A stretch of 63,572 nucleotides of DNA, counting the filler, from Licmophora abbreviata (Eukaryota), in NCBI GenBank assembly GCA_900291995.1. It is 21 parts of 21 records of this genome, joined end to end, with 100 filler letters (N's around TTAATTAATTAA, not from the genome) between each part and the next. Parts side by side here need not be neighbours in the genome. Positions count along the whole stretch, not along the records: positions 28,413 to 31,120 come from OLMU01004515.1; positions 31,221 to 33,009 come from OLMU01004516.1; positions 33,110 to 34,140 come from OLMU01004517.1; positions 34,241 to 36,714 come from OLMU01004518.1; positions 36,815 to 39,935 come from OLMU01004519.1; positions 40,036 to 42,379 come from OLMU01004520.1; 15 more parts are not named here. One strand, given 5' to 3'. Of the stretch, positions 30,074 to 40,857 are shown piece by piece. The position numbers and the translations under genes were made by a program. Under the pieces are notes generated by a model, which did not search any database, was not told the origin of the DNA, and was given only the letters and a program-made list of their open reading frames with translations. Numbering within the stretch: position 1 is the first letter of the stretch; every line of letters starts with the position of its first letter.

Positions 30074-31249
30074 TCACGCGGGTGCGCGCACGCCGCGTTG
30101 ATCCACCAGAACATCCGTCACCATGGCACCCACCCACATGCAGAGCAGCGCAAGCCATGCCGTGCCCGCAAAGACCGATCCGCCGGTCACGCCATTGCCG
30201 ATGGCGCAGCCGCCCGCCAACATGCCGCCAAACCCCATCAGGGCCGCACCAGTCAGCGCGCGGCGCATGTTGGCCTCGTCCTCGAACCCTTGAAACTTGA
30301 ATTCCCCGGTCAGCCACGAGGCGAGGAACGCGCCCAGAAACACCCCTGGCACCAGCCCGATATCGAACTCAAGCACCGTCGTATGATCGAGGAAAAACAT
30401 CAGCGTATTGGCCGACGGCCCGGTGAAGGTGGCGCTTTCGATGGCCACCGGCTCGAACGCGATCTGCGACAGCGCATAGGTCGACACCCAGCCCACCGCC
30501 ACCGCGAACCCAACGCCCGACGCAAAGATGAGGCGCGCTGCGCCGATCCGGTTATGCGCGGCCACCGCCAGTGCGACGCCCGCCACCACGATCCCGAACA
30601 TCAGCCCGGCGATATCCGGCAGACCAAGGGCCGCCAGCAGATCCATGTTCTGCCCGCCCGCTGTGACCGACAGCGCCGCCAGCTTGTCGCGGGTCGGCGC
30701 CAGCCAGCCCGACAGGCTCATTTGCGCCACCACCGCAAAGACCAGCCCGGACACCACCGATCGCAGGTTGCCCGTCGCCGCCAGCACCAGCAGACGCCCC
30801 GAACAGCCCCGCGCCAGCACCATGCCCACCCCGAACAGAAGCCCGCCGATCACCGCGCCCGACCAGCTGCCCGGCACCGCCATGATCCGCGCATCCTCGG
30901 CGCGAAACAGGCCCAGATATTGCGCCCCCTGCACCCAGACCACGGCGGTCGAAAACGTCAGCAGCCACACCGCGACCTTGTCGCCCATCCGCCCGCGGGC
31001 GAATTCCACCGTCGCCGCGCGCAGACAGAACCGCGACCGCTGCGCCGCCACGCCGAAGATCACGCCGGTCATCAACCCCAGCAGGGCCGCCGCAGGTGCT
31101 TCGCCGATGCGTTCCACGAGNNNNNNNNNNNNNNNNNNNNNNNNNNNNNNNNNNNNNNNNNNNNTTAATTAATTAANNNNNNNNNNNNNNNNNNNNNNNN
31201 NNNNNNNNNNNNNNNNNNNNATGCGTTCCACGAGTGTCAGAAGATCCAT
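30074..31249 (-). CDS. YeeE/YedE sulfur-compound transporter
   Basis: RSRFCLR, ARGC, AGGCAIG; start MDLLTLVER lies across a linker whose flanks overlap by 14 bp. Confidence 0.9.
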
Positions 31250-31360
31250 GGCCCGGCCCTTTCGTGCTGCCCTGTCGCGTATCGCGCGTGCATGACATGC
31301 AGAACCCTGAATGTCTTTGATCCAGATCAGGCGCCGCCGCGCCTCCTTGCGCGCGCGCAA

Positions 31361-31412
31361 CCCGCAAAACCGGCCCGCAAAACCGGCCCTCAAAACCAAC
31401 CCGCAAAACGCA
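31361..31412 (+). repeat. 4 x 13-bp repeat CCCGCAAAACCGG (degenerate)
   Basis: In the divergent yeeE/MFS intergenic region. Confidence 0.85.
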
Positions 31413-31456
31413 GCTTGCCTCTCGCCAAGCCCGCGCGATGGGCGTAAAGCAGTCCC

Positions 31457-32689
31457 ATGATCCGGATCGTTCCCCTGGCCCACGCGCGGCACCTGCCGTT
31501 CTGGCGCCGTCCCGTGACATTGCTGTTCCTGATGGCCGCCGCCATGCCGGTGGCTTTTGCCACATGGTCCGCACTTCTGAACAATTTCGTGATCGAGGCG
31601 GCGCAGTTCGATGGCTCGGATATCGGCTGGCTGCACACCGTGCGCGAAATCCCCGGCTTTCTGGCCATCGGCGTGATCGCGATCATCATCTTCATGCGCG
31701 AACAGGTGCTGGGGCTGGTCTCTCTGATCCTGCTGGGCGTGGCCACGGCGATGACCGCCTGGTTCCCCTCGCTGGGCGGCATCCTTGTCATCACAATGCT
31801 CAGCTCGATCGGCTTTCACTATTACGAAACGGTCAACCAGTCGCTGCAGCTGCAATGGATCGACAAGCTGCGCGCGCCGCAGGTGCTGGGCTGGCTCATC
31901 GCCGCCGGATCGGCCGCGACCCTCGTGGCCTATCTGCTGATCGTGCTGACCTGGGAGACGCTCGATCTGAGCTACAACACCGTCTACATGCTGGCCGGTG
32001 GCTTTACCGCTCTGGTCGCGCTCTTTTGCCTGCTCGCCTATCCCCAGTTCGAAGCGCCCAACCCCCAGATCAAGCGCATGGTGCTGCGCCGCCGCTACTG
32101 GCTCTATTATGCCCTGCAATTCATGGCCGGCGCCCGGCGGCAGATCTTCGTGGTCTTCGCGGGCTTCATGATGGTCGAGAAATTCGGCTTCGCCGTTCAC
32201 GAGGTGACAGCGCTCTACATGGTCACGCTGGTGGCCAACATGGTGTTCGCGCCGCTGATGGGCCGGGCCGTGCGCGTCTATGGCGAACGCGCCACGCTGA
32301 CCTTCGAGTATGCCGGGCTTGCGCTGGTGTTCCTGGCCTATGGCGGGATCTACATGTTCGGCTGGGGTGTCATGCTGGCGGCCGCACTCTATGTGGTCGA
32401 TCACCTGCTCTTCGCGCTGGCCCTCGCGCTCAAGACCTATTTCCAGAAGATCGCCGATCCCGGCGATATCGCACCCACCGCCGCCGTGGCCTTCACCATA
32501 AACCACATCGCGGCGGTGTTCCTGCCCGCACTTCTGGGCTATCTGTGGCTGGTCTCTCCGGCGTCGGTCTTCATCATGGCGGCGGGTATGGCGGGCGTGT
32601 CCTTCCTGCTGGCCATGCTGATCCCGCGCCATCCATCGCCGGGGCATGAAACCATTCTCAGCCCGCCGGCCCCCGCGCCCGCGGAATGA
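31457..32689 (+). CDS. MFS transporter
   Basis: 410 aa, polytopic hydrophobic; REIPGFLA, GARRQIF. Confidence 0.88.
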   Translation: MIRIVPLAHARHLPFWRRPVTLLFLMAAAMPVAFATWSALLNNFVIEAAQFDGSDIGWLHTVREIPGFLAIGVIAIIIFMREQVLGLVSLILLGVATAMTAWFPSLGGILVITMLSSIGFHYYETVNQSLQLQWIDKLRAPQVLGWLIAAGSAATLVAYLLIVLTWETLDLSYNTVYMLAGGFTALVALFCLLAYPQFEAPNPQIKRMVLRRRYWLYYALQFMAGARRQIFVVFAGFMMVEKFGFAVHEVTALYMVTLVANMVFAPLMGRAVRVYGERATLTFEYAGLALVFLAYGGIYMFGWGVMLAAALYVVDHLLFALALALKTYFQKIADPGDIAPTAAVAFTINHIAAVFLPALLGYLWLVSPASVFIMAAGMAGVSFLLAMLIPRHPSPGHETILSPPAPAPAE

Positions 32690-32718
32690 TCCAGACCCGA
32701 CAAAAGGCACGACACGAT

Positions 32719-33576
32719 ATGGCCACCTTCACCGCCCTGACGACCCTGACCGGCAAGGACCAGGCCGAGGCTTTGGCCGCGGCCCTCGAAACGCTCGATC
32801 CGGAACCCACCGGGATCGGCATCTTCGAGATGGAGGACGGCTCGGGCCTGTGGGAGGTTGGCGGCTATTTCGACACCGACCCCGATCAGGCCGGTCTGGC
32901 GCTTCTGGCCTCAATGCATGGCGCGCGGCCCTTCGCGATCTCGGAACTGCCCGACACCGACTGGGTCGCCAAGGTCCGCCGCGAGCTTGTCCCGGTCGAG
33001 GCCGGGCGCNNNNNNNNNNNNNNNNNNNNNNNNNNNNNNNNNNNNNNNNNNNNTTAATTAATTAANNNNNNNNNNNNNNNNNNNNNNNNNNNNNNNNNNN
33101 NNNNNNNNNCCCTCGACCGGCTGGCCGGGCAGGGCTTTGTTGCGCATTCCGTGATCGATATCGGCTGCGGCACCGCGGTTCTGGCGATGGGTGCTGCGCG
33201 GGTCTGGCCCGACAGCGTTCTGGGCACGGTTCTCGCCAGCGATATCGACGAGGTCGCGGTTGAGGTGGCGCGCGCCAATGTGATCGCCAACGATCTGGGC
33301 GGGCGCGTCACCTGCCTTGAGGCCATGGGGCTCGATCATCCGGTGATCGCCTCGGCCGCGCCCTTCGATCTGATCTTCGCCAACATCCTCAAGGGGCCGC
33401 TGATCGACATGGCGGGGGACGTGACCGCCGCGCTGGCGCCGGGCGGGCGGGTGATTCTCTCAGGGGTTCTGAACGAGCAGGCCGACGAGGTGATCGCGGT
33501 TTATCGCGATGCTGGAAACAGTCTTGAGTACCGCGAAGAGATTGGTGACTGGACGACGATAACTCTGGCCAAATAG
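32719..33576 (+). CDS. prmA: Ribosomal protein L11 methyltransferase (split by gap)
   Basis: DWVAKV..L.PV.AGR; DIGCGTAVLA; ANIL. Confidence 0.92.
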
Positions 33577-33702
33577 GCCTCATATCTTCTTGATATCTTT
33601 TGGTGAATGAAGGCAAGATTGTGGCAATTGCCATAAAAGCGCCGTGTTTTTTTTGTATGTATGTTGATTATTTTGAACGGCTCGACACCAAGAGGATTGG
33701 AT

Positions 33703-34047
33703 ATGTCGGAGATTTTCAAGGATTTTGACGATCGGATCGAGCGTATTACCAACAAACGCGCGAAGATGCGCGATGGCTATGTCGGCCGGGTCGACAAGAA
33801 CGGGCTTGTCGTGTTCCGCCCCAAGCGCCGCTCCCTTTCGGTCTCGCCGCGCGGCGTCGCGATGGTGGTTTTCGCCTTCATCTTCTTCAAGGCGCTGATC
33901 GTGTCGCATCTGGGGATGGCGCTCTATCAGGACCGGATCAATACGCTGCGCTCCGGCTCGCTGGTCGAACAGGCCGGCGCCTTCGTCATGCAGCCGGACC
34001 CGGCCACGCTTTGGCTGGCCGTCAAGATGCGCCCCTACCTGCAATAG
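33703..34047 (+). CDS. Hypothetical membrane protein
   Basis: AGAGGA RBS; one hydrophobic segment. Confidence 0.75.
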   Translation: MSEIFKDFDDRIERITNKRAKMRDGYVGRVDKNGLVVFRPKRRSLSVSPRGVAMVVFAFIFFKALIVSHLGMALYQDRINTLRSGSLVEQAGAFVMQPDPATLWLAVKMRPYLQ

Positions 34048-34059
34048 CCGTCGGGCGGA

Positions 34060-34107
34060 GGATTTCTTTCTAAGAAATCCTTCCGGAAACTTTCAAAGTT
34101 TCCGGAA
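34060..34107. repeat. Twin perfect palindromes (REP-like)
   Basis: GGATTTCTT-tct-AAGAAATCC followed by TTCCGGAAACTTT-c-AAAGTTTCCGGAA. Confidence 0.7.
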
Positions 34108-34365
34108 CCCGCCGAGCCAGCCCTGGGCCTTGTTGGTCCCNNNNNNNNNNNNNNNNNNNNNNNNNNNNNNNNNNNNNNNNNNNNTTAATTAATTAANNNN
34201 NNNNNNNNNNNNNNNNNNNNNNNNNNNNNNNNNNNNNNNNCCTTTCCCTTCGATCACCGGTTCTCTGCGGTGCCGGCCTGCATCATCACCCGGCCAAGCC
34301 CGGTGATGTGCCTTGCGCCGGCGCGCCGCGCACCACCTTGGCCCGGAATCACGGCGGCGCTCGCG

Positions 34366-34399
34366 AAAAAGCCCTGCACGGGTCTCCGCACAGGGCTTT
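34366..34399 (-). terminator. Intrinsic terminator after the DUF1127 gene
   Basis: AAAAAGCCCTGCACGG-GTCT-CCGCACAGGGCTTT hairpin with T-tail on the minus strand. Confidence 0.75.
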
Positions 34400-34470
34400 G
34401 GACGTCGCTGCGTCCGATAGCGCCGGTCCGGGGAACGCCGGATGCCTGGATCGGTGTATCGATCACACGG

Positions 34471-34662
34471 TCACAGGTTGCGGGCAACCGTGTCGATGTC
34501 GCCGCGTGTCAGGCCGATATCGTCCAGTTCGCGGTCGGTCAGTTTGGACAGCGCCGAGCGGGTCGCGCGGGCGTCGTTCCAGCTTGCGAAGCTGTGCAGC
34601 AGATGGGCCAGCACGCCGCGCAGGCCGGGTGCGGCAGGGCGGGAGGTGTCGATGGCGGACAT
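34471..34662 (-). CDS. DUF1127 (YjiS-like) small protein
   Basis: TRSALSKLTDRELDDIGLTRGDI. Confidence 0.92.
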   Translation of the reverse strand: MSAIDTSRPAAPGLRGVLAHLLHSFASWNDARATRSALSKLTDRELDDIGLTRGDIDTVARNL

Positions 34663-34756
34663 GGTCATGTTCCTTGATGAATGAATGCTCTGTGCGGGTT
34701 CCCCGCGCCTGAGCGGCAGGTATGCCGAAGCCGCTTTGCTGACAAGTTGGGCTTTT

Positions 34757-34773
34757 TGCATAATCCTTATGCA
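34757..34773. promoter_or_regulatory. LysR-type palindrome TGCATAA-tcc-TTATGCA
   Basis: Perfect dyad containing T-N11-A, upstream of the DUF1127 gene. Confidence 0.55.
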
Positions 34774-34889
34774 GTTTGCGCATGACTTGTGGCCCGTCTC
34801 TCGTGTCGCGCCCATCACGCATTCTTCTTGGTCTTTGTTCCCGTTTCGTGCTAATCCTCTGCAAAAGCCAGAAGAGCGGGGCAGGACAT

Positions 34890-35384
34890 ATGCGGGTATT
34901 GGGGATCGACCCCGGATTGCGGAACCTCGGCTGGGGTGTGATCGACGTGGATGGCAGCCGCCTGTCACATGTCGCCAATGGCATCTGCAAGTCTTCGGGC
35001 ACGGATATGGCCGCGCGGCTGATGTCCCTGCATGTCCAGCTGACCGAGATATTCCGCCAATTCGCGCCTCAGACAGCGGCAGTGGAGCAGACCTTCGTCA
35101 ACAAGGACGGCGCGGGCACGCTCAAGCTCGGGCAGGCGCGCGGGATCGCCTTGCTTGTTCCGGCGCAATTCGGTCTGGCGGTGGGCGAATACGCGCCCAA
35201 TAAAGTCAAGAAAACCGTGGTCGGTGTGGGCCACGCCACCAAGGACCAGATCGCCCATATGGTGCGTGTCCAGCTTCCCGGCATCACGCTTGCCGGCGCC
35301 GATGCCGCCGACGCGCTGGCCATCGCGATCTGTCACGCGCATCACGCCCGCATGCCCGCGCTTGCCCGGAGGGTGGGGGCATGA
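34890..35384 (+). CDS. ruvC: Holliday junction resolvase
   Basis: [23 protein letters not shown]. Confidence 0.97.
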   Translation: MRVLGIDPGLRNLGWGVIDVDGSRLSHVANGICKSSGTDMAARLMSLHVQLTEIFRQFAPQTAAVEQTFVNKDGAGTLKLGQARGIALLVPAQFGLAVGEYAPNKVKKTVVGVGHATKDQIAHMVRVQLPGITLAGADAADALAIAICHAHHARMPALARRVGA

Positions 35385-36052
35385 TCGGGCGGATCGCCGG
35401 GCGCATCGACTACCGCGCCAGTGATCATGTGCTGATCGATGTGCGCGGCGTGGGCTATCTTGTCTATTGTTCCGACCGCACGCTGCAATCGCTGCCGCGC
35501 GTGGGCGAGCATACCGCCCTTTATACCGATCTCGTGGTGCGCGAGGACCTGCTTCAGCTTTTCGGCTTTCCCACGCTCATCGAAAAGGAATGGCACCGCC
35601 TGTTGATGAGTGTGCAAGGCGTCGGCGCCAAGGCGTCGCTGGCCATTCTCGGCGCGCTTGGCCCCGATGGCGTGGGCCGCGCGATTGCGTTGGGCGACTG
35701 GAATTCGGTCAAGGCCGCCCGCGGGATCGGCCCCAAGACCGCGCAGCGCGTCGTCAACGAACTCAAGGACAAGTTGCCGGAACTGATGGCCATGGGCACG
35801 ACCCCGACGGCTCCGGCCCCCGCGCCGTCCTCCGACGCCGAGGATGCGGTGATCGAACCCGCCAGCGTGGCCGCGGCACCCCCGCCGTCGCGCTCGGATG
35901 CGCAGGCCGAGGCGCTGTCGGCCCTCACCAATCTGGGCTATGCCCCCGGCGAGGCGGCGCGGGCCGTGGCGCAGGCCGCCGAGTCCGACCCGCAAGCCGA
36001 GACCGCCGCCATGATCCGCGCCGCCCTCAGGCTGCTGGCACCGAAAGGCTAG
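35381..36052 (+). CDS. ruvA: Holliday junction DNA-binding subunit
   Basis: MIG...DVRGVGY, VRED..LFGF, ALTNLGY. Confidence 0.97.
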   Translation: MIGRIAGRIDYRASDHVLIDVRGVGYLVYCSDRTLQSLPRVGEHTALYTDLVVREDLLQLFGFPTLIEKEWHRLLMSVQGVGAKASLAILGALGPDGVGRAIALGDWNSVKAARGIGPKTAQRVVNELKDKLPELMAMGTTPTAPAPAPSSDAEDAVIEPASVAAAPPPSRSDAQAEALSALTNLGYAPGEAARAVAQAAESDPQAETAAMIRAALRLLAPKG

Positions 36053-36055
36053 GCC

Positions 36056-37135
36056 ATGGACAGCCCCGATCCCACGCTGCGCCCCGATCCTCTTCCCGAG
36101 GATTCCGACCGCTCCTTGCGGCCACAGGCCCTGAGTGAATTCATCGGGCAGGCCGAGGCCCGCGCCAATCTGCGCATCTTCATCCAATCCGCCCGCCAGC
36201 GCGGCGAGGCGATGGACCACACCCTGTTTCACGGCCCCCCCGGCCTTGGCAAGACGACGCTCGCACAGATCATGTCGCGCGAGCTTGGGGTGGGGTTCCG
36301 TATGACCTCGGGGCCGGTTCTGGCCAAGGCGGGCGATCTGGCGGCGATCCTCACCAATCTCGAACGCAACGACGTTCTCTTCATCGACGAGATCCACCGC
36401 CTCAACCCCGCCGTCGAAGAGGTGCTCTATCCCGCGATGGAGGATTTCGAGCTGGATCTGGTGATCGGCGAAGGCCCTGCCGCGCGCACGGTCCGGATCG
36501 AGTTGCAGCCCTTCACCCTTGTCGGCGCCACGACACGGCTGGGCCTTCTGACCACCCCGCTGCGGGATCGGTTCGGCATCCCCACCCGGCTCGAATTCTA
36601 TACCGAGGATGAACTGCACGAGATCGTCACCCGCAACGCTGTGCTGCTGAATGCCCCCGCCGATACCGAGGGCGCGCGCGAGATCGCGCGGCGCGCGCGC
36701 GGCACGCCCCGGATNNNNNNNNNNNNNNNNNNNNNNNNNNNNNNNNNNNNNNNNNNNNTTAATTAATTAANNNNNNNNNNNNNNNNNNNNNNNNNNNNNN
36801 NNNNNNNNNNNNNNGACGGGCGCATCACCCGCAATCTGGCCGATCACGCGCTGACCCGTCTGGGCGTCGACAAGCTGGGCCTCGACGGGGCTGACCGGCG
36901 CTACCTGCGCCTGATCGCCGAGGCCTATCAGGGCGGTCCCGTCGGCATCGAAACCCTCAGCGCCGCACTCAGCGAAAGCCGCGATGCCCTCGAAGAGGTG
37001 ATCGAGCCGTTTTTGCTGCAACAGGGGCTCATCCAGCGCACGCCGCGTGGCCGGATGCTGGCGCAGCGCGCATGGGCGCATCTGGGCATGGCCCCGCCAA
37101 ATGCGGCCGGGCAAAGCGATCTTTTCGGCAAATAG
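36056..37135 (+). CDS. ruvB: Holliday junction helicase (split by gap)
   Basis: [36 protein letters not shown]. Confidence 0.97.
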
Positions 37136-37189
37136 CCCCATGCGCCCCGGCCCATCCATAGCGGCACGCGAGGGCCCTACCGGCGGGTC

Positions 37190-37957
37190 ATGCCCTGCCC
37201 GGCCATGGCCGTGCCTTTCCTCATGCTGCGGGACCTGCCCCCTTTGCGCCTCGTCGACACCCCTCTGATCCCGCTGCTCGCGGCGCAGGCCGTCTGGGTC
37301 GCCGCCCGCGCCCGCCGCCTGCCCGAGGCGCGCGGCCCCCGGTCGGGGCAGTCCGGCGATGGCGCGCCCCTTCGACTGCTGGTGCTGGGCGACAGTTCCG
37401 CCGCGGGCGTCGGCGTCGCCCATCAGGACATGGCGCTTGCCGGTCGGCTGGCGGCGCATCTCGCGCCGCATCGCTCGGTGCAGTGGCGGCTTCATGCCCG
37501 GAGCGGCGCCACCGCCCGCAGCACGCTCAAAAGCCTCGATACCCTGCCGCCCGGCGCCTATGACGCCGCCGTGCTGGCGCTTGGGGTGAACGACACCAAG
37601 AACGGCCTGTCCGCCGGGCGCTGGCGGCGTGACTATGCGGCCTTGCTCGATGCGCTGGCCACCCGCTTCGGCGTGACGCTCTTTGTCGCATCGGGTGTGC
37701 CGCCGCTCGATCGTTTTCCGCTGCTGCCGCGCCCGCTGCGCGATGTTCTGGGCCGTCGGGCCATGTTGCTCGATCACGACCTCGCGCAGCTCGCGGCCTT
37801 GCGCCCGGATGTCATCCACCTGTCCGTGGGCGACGCCCTCGATCCCTCCGCCATGGCTGAGGACGGCTTTCATCCCGGCCCGGCGGTCTATGACGCCTGG
37901 GCGCGGCGCGTGGCGCAGGCCCTGCTCGATCGGCCCCTGCCCGGCGTCGCCCTCTGA
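37190..37957 (+). CDS. SGNH/GDSL hydrolase
   Basis: LGDSSAAGVG, LGVND, DGFHP; start codon uncertain. Confidence 0.9.
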   Translation: MPCPAMAVPFLMLRDLPPLRLVDTPLIPLLAAQAVWVAARARRLPEARGPRSGQSGDGAPLRLLVLGDSSAAGVGVAHQDMALAGRLAAHLAPHRSVQWRLHARSGATARSTLKSLDTLPPGAYDAAVLALGVNDTKNGLSAGRWRRDYAALLDALATRFGVTLFVASGVPPLDRFPLLPRPLRDVLGRRAMLLDHDLAQLAALRPDVIHLSVGDALDPSAMAEDGFHPGPAVYDAWARRVAQALLDRPLPGVAL

Positions 37958-38243
37958 GCCCTGCCGCATCGCGGGCATATCCCGCAGGATCGCCCACTGC
38001 CCGATCCGGTGGGCACAAACCCGGCCAGCCCGCCGCAATCCCGCAAGGCTCCGGCCCGGCCACATGCCCCCAAACAGCACCTTGCCTGACAAGGTCCGGC
38101 CCGCATCAGTTGTCCCCGACACCAGATGCCCCACAGCCCGGATCCTTGCCATAGCTTTGCCGCAGAAGTGCCGCATAGGCGACCAGATGCCGATCTGTAT
38201 TAAGGGTGTTTCGAGTTTCCTCAGGTTAGAATATGCTCTCGCC

Positions 38244-38858
38244 ATGATTGTTCAGTGCTTACTCTTAAGTATAGGTATCGTCGCTCTGGTGACTGCGCAT
38301 GTTCTGCCTGTCATGCCGGGTATGGCCATTGTGGCCGAGGCTTGGGTCATCGCCGCGCTCCTGTTGCTGCTCAAGGCGGTCTGGCGCCGCCGCGCGCATG
38401 TGGTTCCGGTGGTGGTGGACGGATCCAACGTCATGCATTGGCGCGATGAAACCCCGCGCGCCGACACGCTGCGCGAGGTGGTCGACCATCTCAAGCAACT
38501 TGGCCTGTCGCCGGATGTCGTCTTCGATGCCAATGCGGGGTATCTGCTGGCGGGGCGGTATCTTCGCGGGGACGAGCTGGGCCGGATGCTGGGCTTGCCC
38601 GGAACGCAGGTCAGGGTCGTGCCGCGCGGTTGCCCGGCCGATCCCGAAATCCTCGACATGGCGCTCGACAAGCGGGCGCGCGTCGTGTCGAACGACCGGT
38701 TCCGCGACTGGGCGCAGGACCATCCCGAACTCACCCGCCCCGGCCATGTGATCCGTGGGCGCTATGACGGGGACAAGCTGGTTCTCGACATGCATGATTC
38801 TGGCCTCCCTTCGATTGGACCGCACCGGGATCAGAGGCCCAATACTGGCCTGCACTGA
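38244..38858 (+). CDS. Membrane-anchored NYN/PIN (Zc3h12a-like) RNase-domain protein
   Basis: Two N-terminal TM segments; VVDGSNV, FDAN, AD..IL, VVSNDRFRDW. Confidence 0.8.
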   Translation: MIVQCLLLSIGIVALVTAHVLPVMPGMAIVAEAWVIAALLLLLKAVWRRRAHVVPVVVDGSNVMHWRDETPRADTLREVVDHLKQLGLSPDVVFDANAGYLLAGRYLRGDELGRMLGLPGTQVRVVPRGCPADPEILDMALDKRARVVSNDRFRDWAQDHPELTRPGHVIRGRYDGDKLVLDMHDSGLPSIGPHRDQRPNTGLH

Positions 38859-39072
38859 TTAAGATCGTGTTACCGCATGGCGCGCGCAGGGGGCGAAGGG
38901 GGCGCGCTGCGGTGATTTGCGTACGGGATGGACACAAATAGCGGGTTTGCGCCCGCATTCCGTCCCAAACGCGTGTCTGTTCCGTACGAACCTTACACAA
39001 ACCGTCCTTTCGCGATATTTGCCTCTGCGCCGGGCTCTGCTAAGGGGGGGGGCATGTGGAAGGAGGGGGATC

Positions 39073-39711
39073 ATGACCGCATCTCTGAGCGCCGAACAGA
39101 TCGAACGGCTTTTCACCCGCTCCGATGGCTCCTACATGTTCGCCCGCTGGGGACGGCCCATCGCGCCTGTCGTTTTTGGCGTGGATAATCAGATACTTGG
39201 CGTTGTCAAAGGCGCGATCGAGGCGGTCGCCACGCTGGCCAATCACCAGATGGCCGAGACCGATCCCGAACTGGGCATCAACCTCATGGTGTTTTTTTTC
39301 CGCGATTGGGAAGAACTTTTGCAAGTCCCTGACCTGGATAGGTTAATTCCCGATCTGGCGCCTCTGGTCGCACGTCTTGTCGCGGCCGATGCCAACCAGT
39401 ATCGCATCTTTCGCTTCGATACCGCTGGCGCGATCAAGGCCAGCTTCGTTTTTCTGAGGATGGACAAGGAGTTAAGCTCTGTCCCGGCGGAAACGCTGGC
39501 GCTGTCGCAGGTCGTTCAGACGATCCTCCTATGGTCCGATACCGCCTTCAAGGACGCCTCTCCGCTGGCCCGCGTGCCCGAGACCGGCGCCGTCATCCTG
39601 CGGCCCGACATCGCCTCGCTCATTCGTGCCGCCTATGATTCGGTGATGCCGGTTTTCGCGCAGGACAGCAGCCATGCAATGCGTCTGGCGGCCCGGATCA
39701 TGCCCAACTAA
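39073..39711 (+). CDS. Hypothetical protein
   Basis: Strong RBS and host-like codons; FTRSDGSYMFARWGRPIAP. Confidence 0.8.
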   Translation: MTASLSAEQIERLFTRSDGSYMFARWGRPIAPVVFGVDNQILGVVKGAIEAVATLANHQMAETDPELGINLMVFFFRDWEELLQVPDLDRLIPDLAPLVARLVAADANQYRIFRFDTAGAIKASFVFLRMDKELSSVPAETLALSQVVQTILLWSDTAFKDASPLARVPETGAVILRPDIASLIRAAYDSVMPVFAQDSSHAMRLAARIMPN

Positions 39712-39723
39712 AGGTCTGATATC

Positions 39724-39935
39724 ATGCGGCTTTTCGTTGCCATAGGTCTGCCCGATGTGGTGCGCGCGGCGCTCTCGCGTCTGCAATCGGATCTGCGCGT
39801 GGGCCGTCTGGTGGAGCCGGACAACCTGCATCTCACCCTCGCGTTTCTGGATGAACAGGACCTGCCCACCGCCGAGGCCGTTAACGAATTGCTCGGTGAT
39901 ATCCGCGCCCCGGCCTTCGATCTACGCATCGCCGG
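39724..39935 (+). CDS. thpR: RNA 2',3'-cyclic phosphodiesterase (partial)
   Basis: MRLFVAI, NLHLTLAFL. Confidence 0.85.
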
Positions 39936-40035
39936 NNNNNNNNNNNNNNNNNNNNNNNNNNNNNNNNNNNNNNNNNNNNTTAATTAATTAANNNNNNNNN
40001 NNNNNNNNNNNNNNNNNNNNNNNNNNNNNNNNNNN

Positions 40036-40367
40036 TGGCCATCTCCAAGGAAACCGAAGAGCTTCAAAGCGGCCTGCAAATCCTTGCAACCATCGGATCG
40101 ACCACACCGTTCATCGGTCTGTTCGGCACGGTCTGGGGGATCATGAACGCCTTCATCGAGATCGCCGAGCAGCAGAACACGAGCCTTGCCGTTGTCGCCC
40201 CCGGCATCGCCGAGGCGCTTCTGGCCACCGGGCTTGGCCTTCTTGCGGCGATCCCCGCGGTTATCTTCTACAACAAGCTGAGTTCGGATTCCGACCGCAT
40301 CGTGGGCAGTTACGAGGCCTTCGCCGATGAATTCGCGACGATCCTCAGCCGCCAACTGGATTCCTGA
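40036..40367 (+). CDS. tolQ: TolQ, C-terminal part
   Basis: PFIGLFGTVWGIM, VAPGIAEAL. Confidence 0.92.
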
Positions 40368-40370
40368 CCG

Positions 40371-40847
40371 ATGGGGGCAGGTGTAGCCGAGAAATCAGGC
40401 GGCAGTGGCCGCAGGCGGCGGGGCAGGGGCCGGTCTCGTCCGATGGCCGAGATCAACGTCACGCCCTTCGTGGACGTGATGATGGTGCTGCTCATCATCT
40501 TCATGGTGGCGGCCCCGCTGATGACCGTGGGTGTGCCGGTAGAGTTGCCGAAAACCGCCGCCAACGCCTTGCCGGGCGAGGAAGAGGAAGAGCCTCTGAC
40601 GGTCACTCTGACCGCCGAAGGTGTCCTGACCATCCAGACATCCGAAGTGCCGCGCGAGGAGTTGGTGACGCGGCTGCGCGCGATCGCGGCGGAGCGTGAC
40701 AGCACCCGTGTCTTCCTGCGTGCTGATGGCGCGGTGCCCTATGCGGATGTGATGCAGGTCATGGGGGCGCTCAACCGGGGCGGCTTCTCGGATATCGGAC
40801 TGGTCACGGATATGGGTGGGCCCGCGCTCGACGGGCAGGACAGCTGA
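40371..40847 (+). CDS. tolR: TolR
   Basis: EINVTPFVDVMMVLLIIFMV. Confidence 0.93.
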   Translation: MGAGVAEKSGGSGRRRRGRGRSRPMAEINVTPFVDVMMVLLIIFMVAAPLMTVGVPVELPKTAANALPGEEEEEPLTVTLTAEGVLTIQTSEVPREELVTRLRAIAAERDSTRVFLRADGAVPYADVMQVMGALNRGGFSDIGLVTDMGGPALDGQDS

Positions 40848-40857
40848 AGGCGATCAG

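Noticed and set aside
31107..31234. 14-bp direct repeat across a linker
   Set aside because: Contig overlap; merging restores the yeeE reading frame.
34241..34470. CcsR/cuckoo sRNAs downstream of DUF1127
   Set aside because: No CCTCCTCCC loop motifs seen before the terminator.
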